Source: Mobula hypostoma
Taxonomy: Eukaryota
Reading direction: 5' to 3'
DNA: 64,000 nt
Assembly: GCF_963921235.1 (NCBI RefSeq)
Contig: NC_086097.1
Location: forward strand, 36,024,001 to 36,088,000
The notes under the pieces were generated by a model, which worked only from the letters and a program-made list of their open reading frames with translations, did not search any database and had not been told where the DNA came from. This document shows, piece after piece, positions 1 through 12,910 of this stretch. The stretch's first letter is position 1, and the number at the start of each line of letters is the position of its first letter. Both the position numbers and the translations under genes were made by a program.

Positions 1-1089
1 AGCAAAAAACCAGCTCTAATGTTCAGAGTTTGAGAATGTCGAGTTATAATCCTCCCTTTGGGATAACAGGCCATTTGTCTAACTTGTCAAAATTGTCAAA
101 GGGTATGCACAGTTTTAGGGATATTGCCTGGAATCCGCTTTTGGGCCTGAAGCAGTTATTATCTCAGTGCCTTGTATTGATACTTGGTACTAGGAAACAG
201 GGATATGATATACATGTGTAAAAGCTGCCCACACAAGCAACACAACTGCAAGTTCTTGAGATGATCAGAAACCAGCGGAAGAGTTCTGCCACACATGAAA
301 CAAAGGATTGATTAGAATAATTTACCATGTTCATATGCAAAATGAATTAATTTGAGTGATTCTTTGTGGGTTTTTGAATCATTGCTATCAACTTTCTCTG
401 TTCATTGCTGCAGGTCAGGATTGAACAGGAGAAAAAGGCTTGCTATCAGGCAATCAGAAGTAATTGTTGCCATGGGCACAGAGTACAAGAGGATCGCCAA
501 AGTGCATCATGGGCATGTGCCACAGAGTAATGGGAGCTACAAACTGTTACTGTCAGGTAAAGAGCCATTGTGTAAAGAAACCCTTAAGAGCTTTTATCTT
601 TGTTCATTCAGGTTCTCCAACAGATTACTAAAAATAAACCCACAGAAGATTGACATTCTAATTGCAACAAATGTAGTGTCTTCTGTTGTCATATTACACA
701 AAGCAAATACATCTGATTTAAGAGATCATGCAATACAAACCATACCATGCAGAAAAATTAAAATGCATACACAAAGTGTCAAAATTCTCATTCTTAAGCC
801 ATTAACTACACAAAGCAGTGACAAGTACTGTGTGCTCCTGCTCACCAAAATGGATAAAATTGATCAGGAGTATGTCTGATCGATTGACAGGGTTTGTATT
901 CCAAGAAAATAATTTTAAAGCCAATTAATCTCACTTGAGAGCAGAACATGCTGGGACAGCCAAGAAATCAGAAAGAGTACGCAAGCCCAGTTAAGCTTTA
1001 TTCAATTGCACAAATATTTTCGCATTGTGCATTTCAACAATATCCACACTGCTATGAAAAATTTGGTCCAAATGATCACGATAGTGAGA

Positions 1090-4000
1090 AAAGATTGCAG
1101 CATTTAGAAAAGGGACACAAGATGCCACAGACATTGGAACGTGGAGCAAAAGAAACGGCTGGAGGAACGCATTGGGTCACAAAGCGTGTGGATACAAAGG
1201 GATGGTTGGTGTTTTATTCAGAGATTCTCCACCATCCATCCGGACTGGGAATGTAGAAGGGAGTTAGATAGAATAAAGAGGTGAGACAGGGGCTAGTAAG
1301 TATTTGGTGGAAACAGGTGAGGAGAAGTGGGAAAGAGGAGAGGTGGGAAAGTTTAGAGACAGAGGCTAATGGATGACAGCTGAAAATAGGTAAGGTAAAA
1401 AATGGACAAATTGACCCTAGTGAGGGAAGGGAAGGGGAGACGTAGAGATAGAGGCTGGAACTTGATGTGGAATGAGGTAAGTGAGGATCAATGTTGAAGT
1501 AGAACTAGATGGAGGAGAGGATAGGAAGTACAAGTTAAAGGAGAAGAAACCTAGCTGGACAAGTATATCAGTGATGGCCAGATGGAACCAGGCAGGGAAG
1601 GCTAATGAATCTATATAATGCAGTAAGTGAGGGGGGTGGAGGGAGTCTGGACAGAAAAGTTCAACAAGGAGAGAGAGAACCAAAGTTGACCAGTAGGAGT
1701 GGGGAAAGGAACAAACAGGATATGGGTTACTGAATCTGGAAAATTCAATATTTAATGCTATTGTGGAGCTACCCATGTGGCATATGAAATGTTCTAATTT
1801 TAGTTTGCCCTTGACCACAACGTGGTAGTGGAGAAGGAGAAGGACTGAGAGATCAATGTGCAAATGGGATAGGAAGTTGCAGTAATCTGCAGCTGGAAAC
1901 TCACACCGGCCATTGCGGGCAGGGCACTCAGGCTGGATGCCTGAGGGCTTGGTATGGTAACTGCTCTGTACTCAACCACAAGAAGGAGTTGTAGTTGCAG
2001 CTCAATACTTAACAAGAACTAGTCCTCTGCATGGACTCCATCTATACTTCTTGTTGCCTCAGTAAAGCATCCAGTAAAACCAAAGTCCCCAGCGAGCCTG
2101 GACATCCTCTATCCTCCCTTCTTCTGTCAGGCAGAAGATACAGAAACCTGAAAGCACAAACCCCAAGGCTCTAGGACAGCTTCTAGTCCATTGTCACTAA
2201 ACTCTTAAATGGACATCTTGCACAATAAGACTGACTCTGGACCTCATAATCTACCTTGTTATGATCTTGCACTTTTTCAGTAGCTTTTAGTTTGTTCTGC
2301 ATTATTGTTGTTCACCTTATTCTAGTTCAAAGTAAATTTATTATCTAAGTACGTATATGTCACTAAATACAAACCTGAGATTCATTTTCTTGCAGGCATC
2401 CTCAATAAATCCAATAACTATAATAGAATCAATAAAAGACCGCACTAACAGTATATAACCAGTGAGCAAAAGACAACCAACTGTGCAAATGCAAATAGAA
2501 AAATAAATATTAGCAATAGATAAATGGATGGATAAATAAATAAATAAATAGGTATCAAGAACAAGAGATGAAAAGTCCTTGAAAGTGAATCCATAGGTTA
2601 TGGGAACAGTTTAGTGATGGGGCAAGTGAAACTGAGTGAAGTTATCCCCTTTGGTTCATGAGCATGATGGTTGAACTGTTCTTGAACCTTGTGGTGTGAG
2701 TCCTGAGGCTCCCGTGCCTTCTTCCAGATGGCAGCAGTGAGAAGAGAGCATGACCTGGGTGATGGGCCCCGATGATGGGTGCTGCTTTCCTGTGACAATG
2801 CATGTGTAGATGCACTCTGTGGTAGCGAGGGCTTTACCAGTGATGGACTGGAATATATTACTACTTTTAGTGGGCTTTTCCATTCAAGGGCATTGGTTTT
2901 TCCATACCAGACTATGATGCAGCCAGTCAATATAATCTACACCACACACCCAACAAAAATTTGTCAAAGTTTTAGATGTCATGCTAAATCTTCACAAACT
3001 CCTAAGGAAGTAGAGGTACTGCCATGCTTTCTTCATATTTGCACTTACGTAGTGGGCCTAGGACGGGTCCTCCGAATTAATAACACTGAGGAATTTAAAG
3101 TCACTATTCCTTTCCATCTCTGATCCTCCAATAAGGACTGCCTCATGGACCTCCGATTTCCTCCTCCTGAAGTCAATAATCAGCTCCTTGGTTTTGCTGA
3201 CATTGAATAAGAGGTTGTTGCTGTGGCACCACTCAGCCAGATTTTTAATCTCCCTCTTTGTGCTGATTTATCACCACCTTTGATTTGGCCAATGACAATG
3301 GTGTCATCGGCAACCTAACTATGGCATTGGGGCTGTGCTTAGCCTCACGGTCATAAGTGTAAAGTGAGCAGAGCAGGGGGCTAAGCACACGGCCTTGTGG
3401 TACAATTGTGCTGATGGAGATTGTGGAGAAGATGTTGCTCCCAATCTGAACTAACTGGGGTCTACAAGTGAGTAAATCGATGATCCACTTGCACAAGGAG
3501 GTATTGGAGCCAAGATCTTAAAGTATATTAGTTTGTTTTGAGGGGATCATAGTATTGATGAACTGTAGTCGATAAAGAGCATCTGGATATATGCATCTTT
3601 GCTGTCCAGATGTTGCAGGGTTGAGTGAAGAGCCAGTGAGATGGCATCTGTTGTGCTGGTAGGCAAATTGGAGGGATTCAAATTGCTTCTCAGGCAGGAG
3701 TTGATAATCTTCATCTCTGTGGATGTTTTGCTACTGGATGATAGTCACTGAGGCAGGTCACCATGTTCTTCTTAGGCACCAGTATAATTGAAGTCTGCTT
3801 GAAGCAGGTGGGTACCTCAGACTGTCGAAGCAAGAGTTTAAGGATCACAGTGGACACTCCAGCCAGTTGATCAGCACAGATCTTTAGTAATTGGCAGGTA
3901 CCCCATCTGGACTGGATGCTTTCCTTGGGTTCACCCTCCTAAAGGATGCTCGGACATCGGCCTCAGAGACTGAAATCACAGGATCACTGGGGGCTGTGGG

Positions 4001-5000
4001 AATTTATGATGGTTCCTCTATGTCTTAACAGTCAAAACGAGCATAGAAGGCTTTGAGCTCATCTGGAAGTGAAGCCCTATTGTCAACTTTATTTTACTTT
4101 ATAAGAGATGATAGTGTTCAAGCCCTGCCAGAACTGTCCAGCATCCTTCATGGATTCAAGTTTAGTCTGGAATTGCCACTTCACACATGAGTTGGCTTTC
4201 TGGACCTCTTGTAACTTTCTTGGTCACCAGACTTGAATGTCTCTGATCTGGCCCTCAGCAGATTGTGAATCTCATGGTTCATCCAACTCAATGCATTGTG
4301 TAATGTAGTATGCAAGACATGCTTTTCATTGTGTCTTGGTGCCCTTGACAATAATAAACAATAAGCCAATAAATAAAATCTGTAAAACAGTTAGCTAGTG
4401 TATGCTTGGTCTTGTCAATCTAGAGGAGGCAATGTCGCAAGTTTCAAACAAAAAAAGATGGGTTTGGAGGTACGCAAGAATCTCTGCCTCACATGAAAGG
4501 CTGTTTAAGTATCTGTATGGTGGTGAGATAGCAGGTGGAGGGGCAAGTGGTGTATCTCCTGTATTTGCAGGAGACAGGGATGGGTGGGTGGGGTGGCGTG
4601 AGCAGATCAGGAGTCACAGAGAGAGTGATCCCTGTGCAGAGTCAAAGGAGGGGAAAAAGGAAGAGGTAGCTGGCAGTGAGGTCCTGTTTCAGCCTGATGA
4701 AATGATATGCTGGATGTGGAGGCTAGTGGAGTGAAATGTGGGGATCAAGTGAATCCTATTCATCTCTGGCTGGAGGCGGGAGGTGAGAGCAGACATCTGA
4801 TAAGTAGAAGACATTATGGTAGGGGTGAAGCCATGTGGCATCCTTACAGGAGACTGGTTGGGAAGGGGTGTGGTTGAAGTTGCTGTGGGAGTCTTAGGGT
4901 TTATAGAAGATATTAGTGGTAGCTGATCTCCTGAAATCAAGGCAAGAGAGATCCAGAAAAGACAGAGAAGTCTCAGAAATGGTCCAAGTGAATGAAAGCA
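1090..5000 (-). mobile_element. Older Penelope-like copy in two pieces (about 1090-2000 and about 4440-5000), separated by Rex1-like insertions
   Basis: Segments are collinear with 29345-30640: ggagctacccatgtggcatat resembles ggaggctacccagacggaat, and gcctcacatgaaaggctgttt resembles gcctcacctggaaggactgctt. Confidence 0.55.
2325..4290 (-). mobile_element. Decayed Rex1/Babar-like LINE
   Basis: ORFs 4181-4369 (WMNHEIHNLLRARSETFKSGD), 3245-3496 (WIIDLLTCRPQLVQIG...PQGRVLSPLLCSLYTYD) and 2598-2930 (GCIIVWYG). Confidence 0.85.
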
Positions 5001-8000
5001 GGGTGGAGGTTAATAGAATTTAAAATTGTTGGACCTGAAAGAAAAGAAACAATCTTTGAGAGAAATATTTGCAAAAAAAAAGTAGATCTCTTATCATTGC
5101 TGTGAATTCTGTGTTACTCTCTGTCAGACTGTCTGATCTGAATCAAAGCTTTATAATGCATTCCTGAAAGTACAGGGCAGCTATTCCCGACGTACTGCTC
5201 AGCCAGTTCAATCGAAGTAAATCATAATGAACCTATCAGGGTGGTTATCTGTAGCAACACTTAGCTTTGCTTCATTTGCAATGCATTCAATATTCATCGC
5301 CTAAGTAGATAGCCAAGCTGTGAACCTTTCCAATCAATTACACAATCAATCCGAAATAGCTCAGGTCAGTTATCGATGCCTGGATGGTTTGAAGCTGTCC
5401 AGTTTCTCGCCCATTTGAAATGCTTCTAGAAATGATCTCAAACAGGTCACAGAATGAAAGGGAATGACATCAATTTACAAATCACAGTTTGGCATCAATC
5501 TATTTAATAACAAATATAAAATAATGTGTGGAAGGCAGTAAAACTCCCATAAATCCTGGACTTGGTTAAAATAACACCCTATTCAATCTGTACTGCTGAC
5601 AAACAACTTAAAAGATGTGGAATAGACCAACAACAAATGCCATGCTTGGGACATAATACAGAGGAAACATTGCTAATAATTGTATAAATAAATCGATAAT
5701 AATTAGTGACTGCCAAAGAACGTCAAAGGAAAATACAGTAAAATGCAGACACAGGAATTCACGTCTCTCCCTATCATGACACGATGAAATAAATCAAATC
5801 TAATGCAGTTCTGTAAACTGTTAATATCTAATACATTCACATAAAAGGCAATTGGCATATGTACTTAATTGAATTTCAATTAAACGAAAATCCTGATCCT
5901 TTCCTTACCGTCTGCAACTTAGGGCAGTATCACTTTGACAAATTTGTGTTAGTTAATTGAGCGCACAATGCCTGCATTTACTGTATCTCAGGATAACAAA
6001 AACTACAAGTGGCCAATCACCTCACGTCAAAATCGATCAGGTCAATTTGTAATGGGACGTCCTGCAGTAAGGGAGGGGAAACCAAGCATCAAATTGCAAA
6101 AGTAGATGACTTGGTGATCCTAGTGAGATGTGCTGAGGGTCATGGAGGCCACAGACTAGCCAGCACCAGTGCAAACTTCAGTCAAGCTACACTTCATGCA
6201 CCATCCATGGGCTTGTGAAGGACTTCAAAATGTCCATGTTGTGTTGCTATGTACACTGGAGTCACTGCGCTTCTGCATGTTGCATGCATGCGGGAAGAGT
6301 GAGATCTAATTGGATGCACTGCATGGACAGAGAGGACCGAAATGCATTCGTTGATCAGGCCTTGGATCAAATTTAAATAAAACAGTGCCACATATGAAAT
6401 AATTTTTTGTGTAATATTCCTCAAATGAGCCCCAAAATAATGAAAATCTATCACACAGGCTTACTGGAAAAGTGGGCTGGCTACCTGCTTTAGAGGGATC
6501 AGGGGAGCGTAGGGATGGAAGGATGATTGATATACAAAGGATAAGACTATGTACAACTATTGTAGATATTACCTAATCTAAATGTGAATGCTTAATACTT
6601 GATGCTGGAACAGGATCCCCAAAATAGAAAATGTTCTGTTTCATCCAATATACCTAGCTATTGATATGTACAAAGAAATTTCAAATGTTTGACAAACACG
6701 AGAAAATCTTCAGACGCTGGAAATCCAAAGCAACACACACAAATGCTGGAGAAAGCCAGCAGGCCAGGCATTGGGTCATGGTGAAGGGCCTCAGCCCAAT
6801 ACAAACTCATGCTCTAAAACATCACCTCTTCTTTTAAAAGGTGCAGGAAAGAATACAAAGGGTTCATTTTGGAGAGAAGATTGGGACTGGATTTATTCTT
6901 CATGGTGCCCTTAATTTCTCCTTATTATCTACTTGTTAAAGGGAGATTTAACACAGATGCTCACAGTATTGAACAGATTAATTTACCTTAAGTATGGACA
7001 AGTTATTTCCATTTCCAGGAGCAGACAAAACCAGAGGATGGACACTGAAGATAAGTGATTGAAAAAAGTACCAGATTGAATGAGTGAACACAATATTCCA
7101 CAGTGAGCTATATTCTTGAATTTACTGACCCAAGGACATATGTTTAATAGTAACTTTTAAAAGCTGAGTGGTTGACTGGAAAATAAAAAAGAAAATTTAT
7201 AGAGAAAAGTCATCTAACTGGGTAGATGTTTCAAAAAATTGGCAGAGGTGAAATAGAATAAATGGTTTTCCTTTGTGTCATATTATTCCATAAGTTAATA
7301 TAATCAGTCATTAGATAGTTTAAATCCAAATTTATAAGTCAGCCATAGATTATCTGTATATTACTTGTTTTTTGTGTCAAAGTGTTCAGTGCAGAGTACA
7401 TGCTATTTACAATATACTAATCTTTTCTGTTCACACTCACAAATGAGAAAAAGTGGCCAACTTGATAACAGAATTATTTATCATTTATCCTAGGAAAAAT
7501 AAGGATAATTGCATTGAAATTTTTCAAAAATGAATAGCATCAAGGGCGATTGAAAAGCACTGATTCACATCACCAAGTGACCTTGTGACATTGTTGATAA
7601 ATGTAAGTCACTATAGCAGTGTATGCTACTAATACCATAGTTAGCTAATATATATATATTTGATAACTTTAAATTTACATTTATCATTATTTGATGTTGG
7701 TATCCAATATGAGAATGAAAGGCTGCTTATGCTATCAGAAGTATGGTTGCCAAAGAGGAATGGATTTACAATACTGAATTTCAAAAAATGTTCTGGTCAG
7801 GGTGCTAATACTATCCGGTTATTATCTGTTATCTTCTCCTTTCATCTCTCTCCATTAAAACAGATTCAATCAGACACATTGAAAATATGAAACAGAATTT
7901 TTCATGATAAATTTTCATTCGAGTAAATGCAAAGTTTTCTTCAATTCCTCAATGCCAGTTTTCCTTGACAATTTTATAGTAGTCCAGTGGAAAAGAACAT

Positions 8001-8849
8001 TTTGGAAAATATCAAGTTATTTTGTCTAACTCTATTTATTTTCCTGGTACATCTAAGATGAAGATTTACGTTTTCACATTTCTATTAAAGTTTCTTTTCT
8101 TATTAAATTTCTCTATTCTGAGCTTGTTTGCACCAATAAAACCAAATTAGATTTACATTGTAATTATATTGAATGGCTCCCCAATTGTAAACACTTTATC
8201 ACGATCCAGTTACTTTAATACCTTTCTCAAACTTCCACCACCTCTTCTGCAAGTATGATAAGCAAAGTACACATGGTTATCATTTTTAAAAATTATTCAA
8301 TCTATGTGCAGCTAGGAAACCAAATGATAACTTTCCTGTAAAATGATTTGAAACCAAAAATAAATATGTCTTATACAGTTATACAGGTCCTTGGTGAGAC
8401 ATATTTGGAGTACTGTGTGCAACTTGCGCCTCCTCTGGAAACTAATGCACTTACTAGGCTTGTTCTTGTGATTTCCAGTCTTGCACATGACAAGAGATTA
8501 AGCAGACTAGGCTGGATTCACTAGATGTGACCTCGTTTAAAACCATCATGACTATTACAGCGCATGGCAGAATATGTAGAGAAGTTTATTGCTCTAGAAC
8601 TTGGGGTCCCAGTTTCAATCTAAAGGATAGACCATTAATAAATTTTGGAATTCTCTAATTGAGAGTGGCGTGGAGGCTCAGTCATTGATTGAATTCCAAA
8701 CTCAGAGCACTGGATATTAGAAGAATAAAGAGATGTGGGCACAAGGAAGGAGAACGACGCCGAGGTAGAAAATCAGGCATGATCTTTTTGGATGGAGGAC
8801 CAGACATGAGGTACTGACTGGATAACCTTCTCCAATGTCTAATGTTCTA

Positions 8850-9285
8850 TATGACTAGCAAATTTCTACAGATGCATGGTAGAGAGCATTCTGACTGGTT
8901 GTGTCGTCACCTGATATGCAGGCTTCAATGTGCAGGATTAAAAAAGGTTGCAGAGGGTTGTAAATTCAGATAGCTCCATCACAGCCACCGCTCCCCCATC
9001 CCTTACCACATCAAGAAGGCAGCATCCATTATTAAGGACCCTAACCATCTGGGACAAGCCCTCTTCTCATTATTACCATCGGGGGGAGTAACAGGAACCT
9101 GAAGACCCACACTCAACTTCCGCTCTGCCACCTGATTTCTGAATAGTCTATGAATTCATGAACAATACAATTCCTCTTTTGCACTATTTGTAACTGTAAG
9201 CAATTGTTATGTCTCGCACTGTATTGCTGCCACAAAACAACGAAGTTCACACATATTTCAGAGATAATAAACCTGTTTCTTGTTC
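8850..9285 (+). mobile_element. Rex1-like 3' fragment (preceded by a CR1 relic at about 8370-8850)
   Basis: gagagcattctgactggttgt (ESILTGC)...gcagcatccattattaaggaccc (AASIIKDP)...gataataaacctg tail. Confidence 0.7.
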
Positions 9286-9399
9286 TAATTTTAAGCAACT
9301 GGTCCATGGTGATCAAGCATAATAGGTCTCTGCTAGCCATGTTAATGCTCCAAGCCCGCTGAAGCTGGAGTCAAGGCCAGTGTACTGATCCTATTTAGC

Positions 9400-11213
9400 T
9401 ACAGATGAGGAATAAGGCTCATTACATGGTCAAGAGAGTACATGAGCAGCTGAAGTTACTGAGGCAGCAGAGGACATACTACACATCACCTCCAGCTCTG
9501 GCCAAAGCTTCAGCAAGCTGGCTCAGACCCCAGGATTGTCAATGTCAAAAAACTACCTACTAAAAGCAGAAATGCAGATCCACCATAACTTCTATTTACA
9601 AAAATATTGAAGTAGCATTTGAGATCATTGAGGATGGCAGAGAGAGTGAGAAAAGCAGGAAAGAGAAAAAGTAGAGAAGCTAAAAAGAGCTGTAAAAGGG
9701 GGCAGTGAAACCGTGGAAAGGAAGTAAAGAATGCAATATGACACCATTCATTCTTTGCTGCAAACCCAGAGTTCCCTTGGTCCCTATGGGACTAAGAAAC
9801 TTGTGAAATGAGATGGAGGAAGACACAAAAAAGGAAAAATAAATTTTAAGGTTTATGGTGGTGAATTTCCACATTGCTTTCCACATTAACTATTGATTGC
9901 TGTAACTGCTGTGGATTTTCCTCCAGATAAGGTTATTTTGAAGCAAACTTAATTATTTTAGAAAGGTTTTATTAAATAATTACTTGAAAATGGATATTGT
10001 TAAATTCCAGAAATATGACTGAACTACAGAATTAAGAAATGCACAAGATAAAAAACTGCTGCACCAAATGATCTGTTTCCACCCTATAGACTTTCATCAA
10101 TGGCACTTCTATGAAGTTATTTGTCCACTGTTAATTGTAATTGTTTTTAAAATTTATTAGAGCAAGGTATAGCTATCCTCAAGATACTTCATTTGCAGCT
10201 TTTACCTCAAAAATGTGTGTTAAATCAGAGATTCAAATCACCTAATTTTTCTAAATTTATTTGTTTTCCTATGGTAGGATTCTTATGCAAAGCAGTTTAT
10301 CCTCTCCAACGAGCTTGAAGAAAAGCACGGAGTACAAGAGTAATTTTCTAAGTTGCTGGTTGGATGTATTTAAATAGAATCATCTTTTGGATTTATGTTG
10401 CCTTGTTATTCATCCTCAGAAAGAGCTGTCTTTTACATTCAAATGGAATCTGATGCCAAGCACAATAGTGTTTATCCACTTCTGGGAGTTGAATCATCAA
10501 AAGACATAAAATGTAATAATCTAATATTTAGTGGCAGAAACAACAGAAATAATATACAATTTGCAGAAGGCAGCTTCAGCTGACGGGTAATGATGTATAC
10601 TCATCTTCTCAAACACTGTAATCACTCAAAGTCACTTCACAGCCAGTTTCGATCATGCCTCCTTAGGATATTCTAGACTCTGACATTTCTAGAGGGAGAT
10701 TTAATTTTACCAATGCTTCATTCTGTACAGCTTGTTTTATTATCGTTAAAGAGACATGTTTAAACAAAAATCAATGATATTTAGCATTTGCAGTTGTCAA
10801 CAAATTAGAGACTGCTCAACTCTCAGAGGAAGGAAACATTTGAAGAACTAGATTACTTTTGCATGCATGGCTTGGCACTAACTAATGACCAATTAAAGAG
10901 TTAACATAACATGCACTTACATCTCTAGCAACAGCAGTTCCTTTGTACTACATGTTCAGCCTAGGGACTGATTTGTCATTGTCATTATATCACAGTGACA
11001 CAGCTCCTCCGCAGGCACTTATCTCTTGGAATTACCTTTTAAATCCCTGTAAGAATTTCTCATTCTAGATAAGCAATCTACTATACATAATGAAGTCTTG
11101 GACTACTGTAAGGTTTTAGCATTAGCATAGAGTCTGAACAATGCAATACAACAGATGTCTGCTGCATAGATAAAAGGTCTCCAAAAGACATCCTTTATTG
11201 AGCCAGAGCGTGT
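9400..11213 (-). other. SYT16: Probable SYT16 3' UTR (end undefined)
   Basis: Repeat-poor AT-rich sequence directly after the stop codon. Minus-strand AATAAA hexamers at about 11194-11199, 10736-10741, 10256-10261 and 9968-9973. The true poly(A) site cannot be determined from sequence. Confidence 0.45.
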
Positions 11214-11527
11214 TTAAGATTCCAGCAGTGTGTGCCATCTGCACACCTGGTGGCTCTGACATTCCTTCATTTCCAGCCAGTGATTTTGTTCTTCCTCCCC
11301 ACTGCTGTTCTGACCCATGGAAATCCAACCGACCATTTCCTTGCGCTTCATACTGCGCCGGGTGTAAATCGAGATCATCAGTGTGACTTCAGAAAGCTGG
11401 AAAAGAGCAACCTGAAAGATGAAAGTCTCCTTGTAGACCGGGTTAGGCTGACCACGTCGAATGGACGTTTTGCACCGGGACATCTCCTGCCCAGCTGAGT
11501 TAAGGAGAGAGAGTTTTGCATATGTGT
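11214..11527 (-). CDS. SYT16: Synaptotagmin-16, last coding exon (C-terminal part of C2B domain)
   Basis: Acceptor ttctag|ACACATAT (phase 1). Translates (D)[54 protein letters not shown]...[13 protein letters not shown]...WHTLLES*. Residues [20 protein letters not shown] and WHTLLES match my recollection of SYT16 rather than its paralog SYT14 (SKCKT, TLILS, GLNSSGEEEL, WHALLES). Confidence 0.93.
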
Positions 11528-12683
11528 CTAGAAATTCAAACAGAAAATAAAGAAGTTTGTGTTAAAGTAAAATTGTAGCACGTTAACTGATTCAAGCAAT
11601 ATAACTTTTTAAGGCTACAAGAATACTAACATATTAAAACATGGTGGATTAATGTCTCACAAGAATTTAAGAACTACCAATGGCTCCATCTACTATATTG
11701 CATGAAATGAATGCTTCACCAATTGTTTATGTTGATCTGCTCAGTAACTCAGAACTGTACAGGATGGTACAGGACCACTGTTGCCCAATAAACAATGGCT
11801 TCTAGAGTTACAGAGAAACAGGCCTCTTGGCCTACTTGAGTCTAGATGACCATCAAATCATCATTTTGACACCCTATCCCATTTTATTCTCTGCACTTTC
11901 ACATCAATTTCCCACAAATTTCACCAATCATCCACCTAGGACCAGCGTACAGAGGCCAATGTGTTGCCAACCAACACCACTTCCGGGCTGTGGGAAGAAA
12001 CTCGACAGCCCAGTGGAAATCAGTCACAGGGAGAATGTGAAAACTCCACTCGGACTGCACCGAAGGTTGGCAATGAATTCAGGTGGCTGGGAGCTTTGAG
12101 GCAGTGGTTCTACTATCTGCTCCACTGTGTCTCCCCGTGTTGGAAGTGCTCTCCCGACCTTCAAACACCATCTTCCTTAGATGCCAAAGGCTAAGTTGGT
12201 GCACTAATAGCAACAACACTCCCAAGTCCACGCAATAGCTTCAGGAAAAATCAGTGTGTGCCATGCACACGTTGTGTCCTTTCTCCTGTAAACAGTTCCA
12301 GCTCCTGTGTCGTAGATTAGTCTCCTGGCCCACAATCATTCCAGCTCATCTATCCTTCCTTTGAGAACTAGAGACTGATCCCTGTAAATGAATGCCACTC
12401 TATATCTGCTTCACCCTTTCACTAAGAATTTATCTAAACTTTGCAAAAGATTTATTCTAATCTTCAAAACTTCCAAGTTTAAAATATGAAGCAACATTTA
12501 TTCGATATAATGATAAAGATACAAGAATGAGTTGTATTTGTCACATGTCCATCAACACACTGACAGTTAAATCCATCATTTGCATCGAACCAAATCAGCA
12601 AGGATTGTGCTGAAAGCAGCCAGCAAGTGTTGGTACGCTTCCAGCACCAACACAGCATGCCCACAACTTACTAACCCTAACCA

Positions 12684-12910
12684 TCAACACAAGAGATTCT
12701 GAAGGTGCTGGAAATCTAGAGTAACACACACAAAATGCTGCAGGAACTCACCTGGCTTCTCCTATCAGCTTCTAGATCATACTCCTTTCCCCCTCTCATT
12801 CTAGCTTCTTTCCCCTCCCCTTCTAGTTCTGATGAAGGGTCTCAGCCTAAAACGTTGACTGCATAGATGCTGCCCGACCTGCTGAATTCTTCCTGCATTC
12901 TGTGTGTGTC
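12684..12910. mobile_element. Penelope pseudo-LTR fragments in inverted arrangement
   Basis: aacacaagagattctg...acacacacaaaatgctgcaggaactca at left; the reverse-complement motif ...tgctgaattcttcctgcattctgtgtgtgt at right. Confidence 0.75.

Noticed and set aside
352..879. 175-aa ORF
   Set aside because: No recognisable domain, a non-ATG start and no convincing splice context.
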